Positions 10,218 to 20,299 of a DNA stretch of 64,000 nucleotides are shown here, piece by piece; the stretch's first letter is position 1; each line of letters opens with the position of its first letter. Below the pieces are notes generated by a model that worked only from the letters and a program-made list of their open reading frames with translations, was not told the origin of the DNA and made no database searches. The stretch covers positions 96,001-160,000 of the forward strand of contig CBDCLE010000010.1 in assembly GCA_965218585.1 (NCBI GenBank), written 5' to 3'. A program made the position numbers and the translations under genes. This DNA is from Terriglobia bacterium. Its GTDB lineage: Bacteria; Acidobacteriota; Terriglobia; 20CM-2-55-15.

Positions 10218-11477
10218 TTAAACGGACTCGGCGGCGACATCTTGCATCGCAGCACAGGCGCTTTCCAGTGCCGCGGAAATGTCTTCCTCTGTGACGACCG
10301 TGGATAGAGCCACCATTCCGCGGGGCGCGATAAACAGCCCATGATTCAGACACGCGACATGAAACTTGTCCATGAGACCTTCGTCTTCACGAACCACGGG
10401 CGAATCAGGTATCGAATCACTGAGGAAGAGGTTCAGGCATGAGCCGTGGTGATTGATTGCAAGTGGCAGGCCGTTTTTCTTCGCGATATCGATCAACCCG
10501 GCTTCGAGCGATTCCCTCAGCCGATGCATCTGCTCGATTCGCTCGACCGTCAATTCGCGAAGCGATATTTCGCCAGCCACCATCGTGACGGGGTTCGCAT
10601 TGAATGTCCCCGAATGAAAAAGTTTCAAGTCTGCGGGATCGAAAAGTTTCAGCAGTTCGGCACTTCCGCCGACTGCGCCGACCGGAAACCCACCTCCGAT
10701 GATTTTGCCGAGCATTGTCAGGTCTGGCCGGATACCGATGTCCGCCTGACAACCACCCGTACCGAATCGCAGCGTCAACACTTCATCGAGTACGAATAAC
10801 GCGCCGGCCTTGCGTGCTGCGGCCTGCACACGGTGAAGGAAACCCTCTCGAGCCTCAACGATTCCACCTGCGCCCTTCACGGGTTCCAGAAAGACGGCGG
10901 CAATTTCATCTCCATGCTCGCCGAGCACTGCCTCGAAGTCAGCCGGGTCGTTGTAAGTTGCCAGGTAAGTCAGCGGCCCCTCGTTGCCGAAAGATCCGAT
11001 TTCGAATTCGTGCAACGAACCGTGGTAGCCGTACCTGGCCATCAGTAGTTTCGATCCGCCCGTTATCTCCCGCGCGATAGTAAAAGCGAGTGCGCCGGCT
11101 TCGGATCCGGAATTGGTAAATCGAACCTGTTCGATGGAAGGCACACGGTCAACGATAGTCGCCGCAAGCTTTATTTGCGGCTCGTTGGCCGCCGCCCAAC
11201 TTGTGCCCCGACCGATCTGCTCTCTGACCGCCTCGACAATCGGCGGATAAGCGTGGCCATGGACAAGGGCGGTGTAGTTATTCAGCAGATCGAGGTAACG
11301 GTTACCATCGACGTCGTGGAAATAAGCGCCTTCGCCACGCTCAATCGTTAACGGATAGGGTGCCCAGAACGAAGCCTGGCGGGACGTGCCGCCCGGCATG
11401 AGCCGGCTGGCCTGGTCGTAGTTGCCCGCGCTTGATCTGGTGCGTTTGCGATAGGCTGCATAAATGGGTGAGGTCAT
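10218..11477 (-). CDS. Class III PLP aminotransferase (GSA-aminomutase-like; resembles beta-phenylalanine transaminases)
   Basis: MPGGTSRQ..F..PYPLTIERGEG, RFTNSGSEA, YHG, DEV, GKIIGGGFPVG and SGTFNANP motifs. Confidence 0.85.
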   Translation of the reverse strand: MTSPIYAAYRKRTRSSAGNYDQASRLMPGGTSRQASFWAPYPLTIERGEGAYFHDVDGNRYLDLLNNYTALVHGHAYPPIVEAVREQIGRGTSWAAANEPQIKLAATIVDRVPSIEQVRFTNSGSEAGALAFTIAREITGGSKLLMARYGYHGSLHEFEIGSFGNEGPLTYLATYNDPADFEAVLGEHGDEIAAVFLEPVKGAGGIVEAREGFLHRVQAAARKAGALFVLDEVLTLRFGTGGCQADIGIRPDLTMLGKIIGGGFPVGAVGGSAELLKLFDPADLKLFHSGTFNANPVTMVAGEISLRELTVERIEQMHRLRESLEAGLIDIAKKNGLPLAINHHGSCLNLFLSDSIPDSPVVREDEGLMDKFHVACLNHGLFIAPRGMVALSTVVTEEDISAALESACAAMQDVAAESV

Positions 11478-11496
11478 CTGTGGCACTTCGCAGGTT

Positions 11497-12732
11497 TCAG
11501 TTACTCGCCACGGACACGACGAGGGCCATGGCCGTGTCCCCCGCCGCGCAGCCGGTGAAAAGACCGCGCCCACCTCCGCGCATTACAAGTTCTTCGATCA
11601 GTTCGATAATCAGCCGCATTCCGGTCGGTGCCTGCGGATGGCCCCAGATTAGCGAGCAGCCGAAATTGTTCATATCTTCGAGGGATACTCCGGCTTCACG
11701 GGCGAAGATGATGTCGTTCACGGCAAACGGATTGTGCGTCTTGATAGCGTCCATGTCCCTGAATGACAGGTCCGCCCGTTCAAGTGCCGCATGGGCTGCG
11801 CCATAAGGTGCCTCCGGCATGAATCCCAATTGTGCGCGCGATTGGCCGGCACTCAGGATGCGAATTCGCACGGTATTATCAGTCGCTAGTTCGCGCGCCT
11901 GATCGCGGCGCGTGATTATCATGGCAGCGTTGCCATCAGCGGGATGCGTTTGGCCGCCAAACGTCACCGTACCGCCGTCGATTACGGGCTGAAGTTTTGC
12001 GAGGCCGTCGGCCGTTGACGCAAAAATCCCCTGATCGCCGTCGATCTCCTCGGCTGTCGTGCGAAATCGTGGGTCCGGAACTCGAAAAGGCAATTCTATG
12101 TACCGCTTCTGAAACGCACGGTTGTCGGCGAGCGCGTCTTTGTATTGCGCATATCGAAGCAGCACGACTTCGTGTTGCTCGGCTGTTGAAATCGAATGTT
12201 TGGCGGCAACGTTTTCAGCGGTCTGTATCATTGAGTGCCCACCGAGCGGATCGCACCCGAAGCTGTCGATTACGACGTCCTCGGTTACACCGGTACCTGC
12301 TGGCGCCTCTGGTGCGGGATAATAGGTGTGCGGCCCGTTCGAACAACGGTCGGTGGTTGCCGCCAAAACGGTTTGGGCAAGGCCGCTCGCGATTTCCATC
12401 GAAGCCAGGACCGATGCCCTTACGCCAGATGCACAGACTTGCGACACAGTTGGCCCCGGCGCTTGTGGCGCTCCGAGCAAACCCATGAACCAGGGTGTAC
12501 CGTAAAAAGACTGGTGTTGATAAACAGAGATGCCGAGCACGCCGGCATCAAATATTTTCGGATCAATGTTGCGCTTGTCGAGTTCCCGGCGGGCGACGTA
12601 AGCTGCGAACTTGACAGCGTGTAAGTGCTGCAGCGCGCCCTGCCAGCGCACGAACGGCGTAGACCAGTAACAGCCGTAGGGAATCTCAACCTGGTCAAAC
12701 ATTGCTCTTGCCTTTTCGGTAATTCGATTCAC
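11497..12732 (-). CDS. Thiolase family protein (HNPF-type)
   Basis: Nucleophile motif QVCASG, THNPFA, GHPQAPTG and C-terminal GCAAGD; GTGA overlap with the upstream gene (alternative ATG at 12702). Confidence 0.85.
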   Translation of the reverse strand: MNRITEKARAMFDQVEIPYGCYWSTPFVRWQGALQHLHAVKFAAYVARRELDKRNIDPKIFDAGVLGISVYQHQSFYGTPWFMGLLGAPQAPGPTVSQVCASGVRASVLASMEIASGLAQTVLAATTDRCSNGPHTYYPAPEAPAGTGVTEDVVIDSFGCDPLGGHSMIQTAENVAAKHSISTAEQHEVVLLRYAQYKDALADNRAFQKRYIELPFRVPDPRFRTTAEEIDGDQGIFASTADGLAKLQPVIDGGTVTFGGQTHPADGNAAMIITRRDQARELATDNTVRIRILSAGQSRAQLGFMPEAPYGAAHAALERADLSFRDMDAIKTHNPFAVNDIIFAREAGVSLEDMNNFGCSLIWGHPQAPTGMRLIIELIEELVMRGGGRGLFTGCAAGDTAMALVVSVASN

Positions 12733-14312
12733 GCGTCCCAGTCAAGATCACCGTCCGGCAGCGCTTCGAGCAGGCGGCCGTTCCGCAGTAAGGTTGCGGC
12801 AGCCTCGATGTGATCGGTCAGCGATTCATCGTGATCCAGGTAGGGAACCACCTCACGAACCATATTGTAAATCTTGCGCGTAACGGTACTCAATAGCCGA
12901 GCGCCACCGTCGCGCTGGTCCACTGCCTGGCAGGCACACATGAGTTCAACTGCGGGCACCGCGTAGCTGATGTTGAGCATGTCGCGCGCACGCCGCGCCG
13001 CAACCAGTCCCATGGACACGTGATCCTGGAAATCTCCGGTCGTGGTCAGCGTCTGGATCGAGACCGGATGACAAAGCGATCGCATTTCAGCCATGATCGA
13101 GGACGCACAATACTGGATTCCCATCAGGCCGTGACGAATGCCAGGGTCCTCCTTGCAGAGGAAGGGCGGCAAGCCGTTATTATGGAAAGGATCGAGATAA
13201 CGATCGATCCGCCGGTCGTGCAGATTACAGGCATTTGTCAGTGCGATCGAAATGTGGTCCATCGCCTGGCTGACATACTGGCCATGAAAATGTGCATTGT
13301 GGAATGCATCGCCTTCCTCGACGATGACGAGGGGATTGTCGTTGGTGGAATTGATTTCGATTTGCAGGGTGCGGTCAGCCTGCCAGAGCGCATCCACCGA
13401 CGGGCCCAGAATCTGAGCGCCGGCGCGTAGCGAGTAAGCGTCTTCAATCTGTTGATCCATACCCTGCACTTCACCGGTCCGCATCGATGATAGCCAGACA
13501 TCAACTTCCTCGTCCTGCACGACCATCTTGCTGTCGCCGAGCGCCGTCCAGATCGCATCTGCCACTTTGAGCTGCCCGGGGTGGGGTTTGTTGCGATGTA
13601 CCGCTGGGTGGTAGGGCATGATTTTGCCGCGCAGTGCTTCGAGCGTTAGTGCTGCCACCAATGCGGATTGTTTCAGCAGTTTCTTCGTGCGATAGATGAC
13701 CGGCACCGCGACACCGACCATCATCGAAGTGCCATTGATCATGGCGAGGCCTTCCTTGTAAGAAAGCCGTGCAGGCTCGAGGCCGGCGCGTTTCAGGGCC
13801 TCTCCTCCGGGCATGATTTCGCCGTCGTATTTGGCACGCCATGCGCCGGTGACGACCAGCGCGATATGCGCGAGCGGCCCGAGATCGCCACTCGCACCGA
13901 GGGAGCCTTGCTCCGGAACGCATGGAACGATGCCCGCGTTATAAACAGCAATGTACTTCTCGAAGTTTTCGGGACTGATGGCCGACACACCGCGGCCGAG
14001 CGAGTTGATGCGGCAAAGCATCGCCGCGCGCACATAGACGTCGTCGAGATCATCGCCGACATTCGTCGCAACTCCTCGCAGAATGTTGTTCTGCAGTTTT
14101 TCGGCCAGTTCTTCGGGAATGAGGTAGTTGACGAATCCGCCGACAGCAGTAGTCACTCCATAGATTGTTCGTCCCGACTTTACGAAGCCATCCAGAAGGT
14201 CGCGCGATGCTTTTACGCGCGCAGCCTGTTCAGTAAAAATGTCGACCCTGGTGTTCTGTTGCGCAGCTTCTGCCAGCTGATCAACCGTCAGTGTGTCGCC
14301 GTCAAGATGCAT
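12729..14312 (-). CDS. MIO-dependent aromatic amino acid aminomutase/ammonia-lyase, AdmH/EncP-like clade
   Basis: MIO motif GSLGASGDL; GGFVNY, LQNN...VATNVG, EDAYSLR, NDNP, HFHGQYVS and TTGDFQD segments match my recollection of the phenylalanine aminomutase AdmH rather than HutH. Confidence 0.85.
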   Translation of the reverse strand: MHLDGDTLTVDQLAEAAQQNTRVDIFTEQAARVKASRDLLDGFVKSGRTIYGVTTAVGGFVNYLIPEELAEKLQNNILRGVATNVGDDLDDVYVRAAMLCRINSLGRGVSAISPENFEKYIAVYNAGIVPCVPEQGSLGASGDLGPLAHIALVVTGAWRAKYDGEIMPGGEALKRAGLEPARLSYKEGLAMINGTSMMVGVAVPVIYRTKKLLKQSALVAALTLEALRGKIMPYHPAVHRNKPHPGQLKVADAIWTALGDSKMVVQDEEVDVWLSSMRTGEVQGMDQQIEDAYSLRAGAQILGPSVDALWQADRTLQIEINSTNDNPLVIVEEGDAFHNAHFHGQYVSQAMDHISIALTNACNLHDRRIDRYLDPFHNNGLPPFLCKEDPGIRHGLMGIQYCASSIMAEMRSLCHPVSIQTLTTTGDFQDHVSMGLVAARRARDMLNISYAVPAVELMCACQAVDQRDGGARLLSTVTRKIYNMVREVVPYLDHDESLTDHIEAAATLLRNGRLLEALPDGDLDWDA

Positions 14313-14964
14313 GCTTGTCCCCTTTTCTTTGCGCTTACGCATTCTAGGACAGTTTAATGAGGCATATTTATCTATCTTCTGTCAGTTTAGCGAACTGATG
14401 CCGATCCGGGGGTTGATTGCCGCCCGGGCGCAATTGGGGGCGGTTCACACGCCGCCACTCTGATTCGGGTCCCCGGCGTACCGGGCTTCACGTACAATCA
14501 TCGAACCGTGACGATCAATTCATTCCGCCGTGTCCTTGACGTTCGATTTGGCGACTAAGAACATGAAGAAGACAATTGCTGACTGGGACCATGTAACTCC
14601 GGAAATGGATGCTTCCTTGGCCGGAGGCGATCCTTCCGGCTGGACGCGGAACGGGTGCCCGGTCCCGTAGCGATTAGCAACAAAAGCTGTATTTCAGGAC
14701 AGCGAACAGACTGAATGGAGGTTTATCCATGACCAAGCCTGAATTTCAGAATGATTCCGACGCGATTCGGAATGCATGCAAACTGCTTATGACAGCGGCA
14801 AACTCTTCCGACGCCGACCTATGGGCGTCGCTGTACACACCAGATGCGGTCTTAATGCCGCCCAATCTGCCGTCACTGAATGGGCCCGAAGTGTTAATTT
14901 GCACGGAAAAGTGATCCGGGTTTTGCATTGAAAATTGACCCGGGTTAGAGAGCCGGATTATGGC

Positions 14965-15744
14965 TCATGGGTTGGGGTTTTTCCGGGGTTTAGTCTCCTT
15001 TGTGTGTGTGGAACTGTTTCTAAAACGGTAACTGTCATTGCCGGTTTCGACGATGTGGCAATGGTGGGTGAGGCGGTCGAGCAGCGCGGCGGTCATCTTC
15101 GTGTCGTTGAAGACCCGGGGCCATTCACCGAAGGCAAGGTTGGTGGTGAGGACCCTGCGGGTGCGCTCGTAGAGTTTGCTCAGCAGGTGGAACAGCAAGG
15201 CGCCGCCGGCCTGCGAGAACGGCAGATAGCCGAGTTCATCGAGAATGACCAAATCGACTTGCAGGAGCCGGTTGGCGATCTGCCCAGTCTTACCCTTGGC
15301 TTTCTCCTGTTCCAGCGTGTTGACGAGTTCGATAGTGGAGAAGAACCGGACTCTGAGGCGATGGTGAGTGATGGCCTGCACGCCGATGGCCGTGGCGAGA
15401 TGGGTCTTGCCGGTGCCCGGTCCGCCGATCATCACGATGTTGTGAGCGTCGGCGACGAAGTCACATCGATACAGTGAGCTGAGCAGTGCCTCATCAACGG
15501 GGCTTTCATTGAAGTCGAAGTTGGAGAGGTCGCGATAGGCTGGGAAGCGGGCGGTCCTCATCTGGTAGTTGATGGAGCGGACCTCGCGCTCGGCGACCTC
15601 GGCCTCGGTTAAGGTGTGGAGCATGGGCTCTATGTTTGAGAAAGCCGGAGCGCCTTGCCGCGCGAGTTCATCGACCGCTTGCGCCATGCCATGGAGTTTG
15701 AGCGACCTCAGCGCGCTGACCAGAGATTCAGATGACATGGCCAT
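14965..15744 (-). CDS. istB: IS21 helper ATPase IstB
   Basis: [24 protein letters not shown] and LLDRLTHH motifs. Confidence 0.95.
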   Translation of the reverse strand: MAMSSESLVSALRSLKLHGMAQAVDELARQGAPAFSNIEPMLHTLTEAEVAEREVRSINYQMRTARFPAYRDLSNFDFNESPVDEALLSSLYRCDFVADAHNIVMIGGPGTGKTHLATAIGVQAITHHRLRVRFFSTIELVNTLEQEKAKGKTGQIANRLLQVDLVILDELGYLPFSQAGGALLFHLLSKLYERTRRVLTTNLAFGEWPRVFNDTKMTAALLDRLTHHCHIVETGNDSYRFRNSSTHTKETKPRKNPNP

Positions 15745-17177
15745 CTCCTCTCAAGCGGTCGTAGCGATGAACATCGGCCTTCGGTTCATTGAGCAGTGTC
15801 AACGCATCGGGTATATCGATGAGGCTGGGCGGCGAGGCTTCCAGTAACCGGCTCAGGATATTGAGCACATGTTGCTTGGAGGCGGCCCCGGCTGCGAGTG
15901 CGATCTCGGCGGCACGCAGCACCGCCGGCTCATCGTGGTGCAGCACCAGCGCCAGGATCTCCACCATCTCCCGGTCCCCGCCAGGTCGCTTGAGCCGCGC
16001 CGCCTGGAGGCGCTTGAAAGGTTGGGGAAGCTCGGCGAAGGGAGCGCCGTTCCTCAACGCGCCCGGTTTTCGTTGGAGGACGCTCAGGTAGTGGCGCCAG
16101 TCGTAGACGGTTCGCCCTGACCGGCAGTCGCGCCCGCGCGCGATCACCCGCGGATGCTCAGCGATGACCTGGCCTTCGGCGGCAATCACGATGCGTTCGG
16201 CGTAGACGCGGACACTGACCGGCCGGTTGGCAAACGCGGCCGGCACGCTGTAGCGATTACGCGCGAAGGCGATAAGGCAGGCCGGAGAAACACGCTTGGT
16301 GTGCTCGACAAAGCCATCGAACGGCGTCGGCATGCGCATCAGATGCGCGTGCTCATCGGCCCAGACCTCGGCGACTGTACGCTGGGGCTGCTCCGGGTGA
16401 TGGATCTCGTCCCAGAGACCCCGGCATCGCCGCTCAAGCCACACGTTCACGTCACGGAAGCCAGCAAACTCAGGCGCGTCATGGAACAGACGGGGCCGCG
16501 CGTCCCGGACGTTCTTCTCGATCTGGCCTTTCTCCCATCCGGCGCCAGGCGTGCAGAACTCCGCTTCGAACAGGAAATGGCTCACCATCGCCTTGAACCG
16601 GGCGTTGACCACCCGGGCCTTCCCTCGGCCCACTCGGTCCACCGCTGTCTTCATGTTGTCGTAGATGCCCCGCCGGGGCACACCGCCCAACGCCGCCAGA
16701 CAATAGTTGTGGGCGTCGAACAGCATCTCGTGGGACTGTAGCGGATAAGCCCGCAGCATGAACGCCCGGCTGTGGCAGAGTTTGAACTGCGCCACCATCA
16801 GCTTCGTGCGTTCACCGCCGATGACCACCCAGTCCTCGCTCCAGTCGAACTGGAACGCTTCGCCGGGCGCAAACACCACGGTCATAGGACCCCGTGTAGC
16901 CAAGCTTCATCAACTCGCCGTGCAGCTGCTTGAGATTACGCAGCTCCTTGCGACCCCGGGCCGATTCCCGCTTCAGCCACGACGCCAGCAACTCGGCGTA
17001 GCCGTCCACTTTGCTCCGGCTCCTGCGCTTCGGATAGACCGCCTCCAGAGCGCCGCTCGCCAAGTGCTTCCGGATCGTATTGCGCGACAGCTTCGTTCGC
17101 CTGCTGATCTCTCGAATCGATACGCCCTCTCGTACATGCCAGCGTCTGATCACACTCAATATCGCCACGTCTATCAC
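15728..17177 (-). pseudogene. istA: IS21 transposase IstA, frameshifted by a short internal deletion near 16880
   Basis: N-terminal HTH (VIDVAILSVIRRW...GYTGSYDR) and core (VFAPGEAFQFDWSED, YDNMKTAV, GWEKGQIE) lie in different frames and the usual linker is missing. Confidence 0.85.
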
Positions 17178-17751
17178 TCCTTTGCCCTCCTGCTCTGTTA
17201 ATCGGCAGGAATGGGTATACACGTGGGTCAAATTTCGATGCAAATACCCGCTTTAAGTGGATCAGTTTTGGGTGCAAATCAACACCCGAAGAGATCCGGG
17301 ACTATATGGCTAAAGAGTTTTTTGGCCCTTTCGATGTGACAATGACGGATCAGACCGACGAGTTGACGATCGTTGGCGACTTGGCGGTTAGAAGGGGTGT
17401 AGGGACCGTGACTCTTGTGCCTAAGACCGGAGGACCTGCTATCGAAGAGACTTTCAAATACTTAGAGTCCTGGGGGCGAGGGCCGGACGGTTCGTGGAAG
17501 ATCACGCAGGACATCTTCAATAGCAGCAAGCCAGCGGAGTGAATGCAGCCGAGATGGGTTTATGCCTGAAGGAACGCCTGCCGGTGCAGTAATTTGCGAG
17601 TTCAAGTCCTAGAAATCATCTTCTCGGACGTCGAGAATCGGGGGCTCGATGAGAAAATGATGGGAAGAACGATGAGAAAAAGCAGAACCCCGATAATTTT
17701 CAGCCACTTGGAAAGCCATTCGACTCCCGTTGAGGCTATTTTCGGAAGAAG

Positions 17752-18804
17752 CTAAGGCTGCTCGACAAAATCCCCACGCGGAATCGTTCCCAACTGCCGG
17801 ACAATCGCCCGCCGTCCATAAGCGTTCGAAATCCAGTTCTCAAACAGCGCCGGAATGCCGGGACCTAATCCAGGGTCGGAGCCGCTCATCGCGTGGAAAT
17901 GTATGTGGGGTTCGACTGAATCGCCGGAGTTGCCGACCTCACCGATGGGCTCCCCTGCCAGAACCTGCTCTCCGACACCCACTCTCATACCCCCTGGGCG
18001 CATATGCGCGTAATAGGTGTAGAGGCTTTTGCTGTGGCGAATGACAATGGCGTTGCCCCCTGGCGTGGCCGCCATGGCCTGGCCCGGGACGTTTTCAGGG
18101 ATGTCATTTCGCATGTAGACGACTTCCCCGTCGGCCGCGGCAAGTACGTCCAGACCGTAGGCAAAGTAATCGCTGTTGCGACCGCCGGTGCCTCCATAGC
18201 TCTTGCCATCAGAACCGATCTTGAGAAAGTCATAGGCAAATGCTTCGGCCACGAAACGCTTGTGGTTATCCAGGGCACTATGTTCCGCCGCCAGGTACCA
18301 GCTACCGTCGAAGGGCAGGCGGCCAACAAAGCTGTCTATTGCCGTTAATGGAATTGATACCTTGCTGGAAGCAACGTCCTCGCCCTGGCGGAACTCTGTC
18401 TCGACGATCAGGGTCTGGCCCATCAAACCCGACGGCAACTCAAAGGAAACATCCGAAAGCGCTTTCCTTTCATTCGACCCCAAAACAAGGGTACCCGGGG
18501 GTGTCGCTTCGATACGGCGGCGTTCCACCGAGTTATCAAAGAGCTCGATCAGAGCCGGGCCTGAGAACTGGCCGGAAACGACACCTCCCGCAGTCCCGAC
18601 TAGATCAAACCGTACCCACTGAAATTCAATCGGCTCGGAAGAGGTATTGTGGAATATGAGATGGAAGAAAACTCTCTCGACAGGAACAATATCGCCGCCC
18701 AGATCTTCGACGTATACCGAGGCCGGGAGGACCGAAATGTCCACCTGAGCCGAAGCGGAGACGGCAAAAACAAAGACCAGGCACAATGCAATGGGTATGC
18801 GCAT
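17752..18804 (-). CDS. Secreted M23 family metallopeptidase
   Basis: Signal peptide; H...AYDF, YAHM and GNSG..PHIHF motifs. Confidence 0.9.
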   Translation of the reverse strand: MRIPIALCLVFVFAVSASAQVDISVLPASVYVEDLGGDIVPVERVFFHLIFHNTSSEPIEFQWVRFDLVGTAGGVVSGQFSGPALIELFDNSVERRRIEATPPGTLVLGSNERKALSDVSFELPSGLMGQTLIVETEFRQGEDVASSKVSIPLTAIDSFVGRLPFDGSWYLAAEHSALDNHKRFVAEAFAYDFLKIGSDGKSYGGTGGRNSDYFAYGLDVLAAADGEVVYMRNDIPENVPGQAMAATPGGNAIVIRHSKSLYTYYAHMRPGGMRVGVGEQVLAGEPIGEVGNSGDSVEPHIHFHAMSGSDPGLGPGIPALFENWISNAYGRRAIVRQLGTIPRGDFVEQP

Positions 18805-18861
18805 CGCGACTTGAAGGCTAAGTCAAAGAAGTGGTAAAAATCAACCCAGTCGAGATTCCCT

Positions 18862-19407
18862 ATGGGCAATCCATCAACAGAGACCGCAACGCTTGGAGGG
18901 GGGTGCTTCTGGTGCCTCGAAGCCGTGTTCGAACAGCTTGAGGGCGTACACTCCGTTAAATCCGGCTATTCCGGAGGTGCTCGACCGGACCCTACCTATG
19001 AGCAGGTCTGCTCAGGGGCGACCGGACATGCCGAAGTCGCCCAGGTTGTTTTCGATCCGTCAGTGACATCCTACCGGGAAGTGCTGCAGATCTTTTTCTC
19101 GATCCATGATCCGACCACACTCAACCGCCAAGGCAACGATGTCGGCACACAGTACCGCTCGGTCATCTTCCACCATTCCGACGAGCAGAGGGAAACTGCA
19201 CAGGCCGTCATCGAAGAACTGGACCAGGCCCGGGTCTTTTCCGACCCTGTCGTGACTGAGTTAACAGCCTTGGAACAGTTCTACCCCGCCGAGGACTACC
19301 ACAACGAATATTTCCGGCAGAACCCGAGTCAACCGTACTGCCAGTTCGTCGTCAGCCCCAAGGTCGCCAAATTCCGGGCCCAGTACTTCGACAAACTCAA
19401 AAATTAA
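18862..19407 (+). CDS. msrA: Peptide-methionine (S)-S-oxide reductase
   Basis: GGGCFWC, GHAE, HDPTTLNRQGNDVGTQYRS and AEDYH motifs. Confidence 0.97.
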   Translation: MGNPSTETATLGGGCFWCLEAVFEQLEGVHSVKSGYSGGARPDPTYEQVCSGATGHAEVAQVVFDPSVTSYREVLQIFFSIHDPTTLNRQGNDVGTQYRSVIFHHSDEQRETAQAVIEELDQARVFSDPVVTELTALEQFYPAEDYHNEYFRQNPSQPYCQFVVSPKVAKFRAQYFDKLKN

Positions 19408-19410
19408 ATT

Positions 19411-20257
19411 GGGGTCAGAGCCCTATTTCTCCATTTACCCCGCCATCTCATGATCCAGAATCGATTCATTTTTACTCGCTGGACGACCACGTTTGCGTGG
19501 GCGGATTCTTCGGCCCAAACGGCCTTCCAATTCGAGTACAAAGCGCTCAGAACCCCAAGGTCGCCCTGAAAGCGTCTGACTGCGGATCAGAGATGTCTTC
19601 TCGGCCGACTCACCTTCTTCGAGCCAGGCAGACCAATCTTTTGGCCATGAACCGGGTGGAAATTCGTCCGTAAGTAGCGTATCGAGTCGTATTCCACAGT
19701 GAGCGCCCGCACTAGACCATTCGTAATCTTCCGCACGGGGAACAATCCCTGCACGAACAGGATTGAGTTCGACATACCTCACAGCATTTCGAAGGTGATT
19801 GGCATCCAACACGCACGAAAAGAAACGCCCTTGCCAGAGATGACCAACGGCACCATACGTCCAATTGAAATACGTAGCGTAAGCGCTATGAGCATCCCGG
19901 ATCGTTGCGGGCAATGAATTTTCATCTTCCGGTACTCCTACCAAATGGACGTGATTTCTCATCAGAACATAGGCCCAGATACCCAATCTGTGTCGCTCGG
20001 CATATTCCCCGAGCAAACGCATGTAAATTTCACAGTCTCTAGAGTCATTGAAAGTCGCCGTTCGTCGGTTTCCGCGTTGGGTAATGTGATGAGGAAGACC
20101 GGGAACGACCACTCGAGTAAATCGCGGCATAATTTTTTTAGGGCTGAAATCGAGGAGGGCTGGCAAAATAAAAAGCAATTCGCCGTTTAACACAAGAGGT
20201 TTTGCGAGTTCCTGTAAAAGCTGTAAGGAGAAATTGGGGAATTAGGGCTCTGACCCC
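19411..20257. repeat. 15-bp inverted repeats bracketing the RAYT gene
   Basis: ggggtcagagcccta (19411-19425) and tagggctctgacccc (20243-20257). Confidence 0.85.
19435..20130 (-). CDS. REP-associated tyrosine (HUH, Y1) transposase
   Basis: MPR...PHHITQRGN, MRNHVHL, GHLWQGRF, YVELNPVRAG and YEWSS motifs. Confidence 0.9.
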   Translation of the reverse strand: MPRFTRVVVPGLPHHITQRGNRRTATFNDSRDCEIYMRLLGEYAERHRLGIWAYVLMRNHVHLVGVPEDENSLPATIRDAHSAYATYFNWTYGAVGHLWQGRFFSCVLDANHLRNAVRYVELNPVRAGIVPRAEDYEWSSAGAHCGIRLDTLLTDEFPPGSWPKDWSAWLEEGESAEKTSLIRSQTLSGRPWGSERFVLELEGRLGRRIRPRKRGRPASKNESILDHEMAG

Positions 20258-20264
20258 TTTTGGA

Positions 20265-20293
20265 TTGACTACCAAACAAATGTTTGGTACAAA
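20265..20293 (+). promoter_or_regulatory. Sigma70 promoter with overlapping SOS-box-like palindrome
   Basis: TTGACT-17 nt-TACAAA; palindrome taccaaaca-aa-tgtttggta (20270-20289); ATG 6 nt after the -10 element. Confidence 0.7.
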
Positions 20294-20299
20294 TCCCGA

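Larger units (their letters stand above)
14892..17284 (-). mobile_element. IS21-family element (IS1326-like) with 7-bp TSD
   Basis: Ends tgttaatttgcac / gtgcaaatcaaca with internal repeats; TSD cccgaag at 14885-14891 and 17285-17291. Confidence 0.95.
14729..17542 (+). pseudogene. NTF2/DUF4440 (YybH-like) protein interrupted by IS21
   Basis: Removing the IS restores ...LYTPDAVLMPPNLPSLNGPE|EIRDYMAKEFF...DGSWKITQDIFNS (137 aa). Confidence 0.9.

Noticed and set aside
10218-11477. hemL call for the aminotransferase
   Set aside because: Lacks the PGGVNSPVR signature and any tetrapyrrole context.
12729-14312. hutH call for the MIO enzyme
   Set aside because: No hut genes nearby, and the substrate-switch region (NILRGVATNVG) lacks the SH motif of histidine ammonia-lyases.
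14563-14670. 35-aa ORF MKKTIADWDHVTPEMDASLAGGDPSGWTRNGCPVP as a double-glycine precursor
   Set aside because: No clear RBS, the frame is open upstream, and there is no C39 transporter or modifying enzyme; more likely a gene remnant.
8310-17700. tRNA-anchored integrative island carrying the aminomutase operon
   Set aside because: No integrase and no duplicated tRNA 3' end seen; adjacency alone is insufficient.
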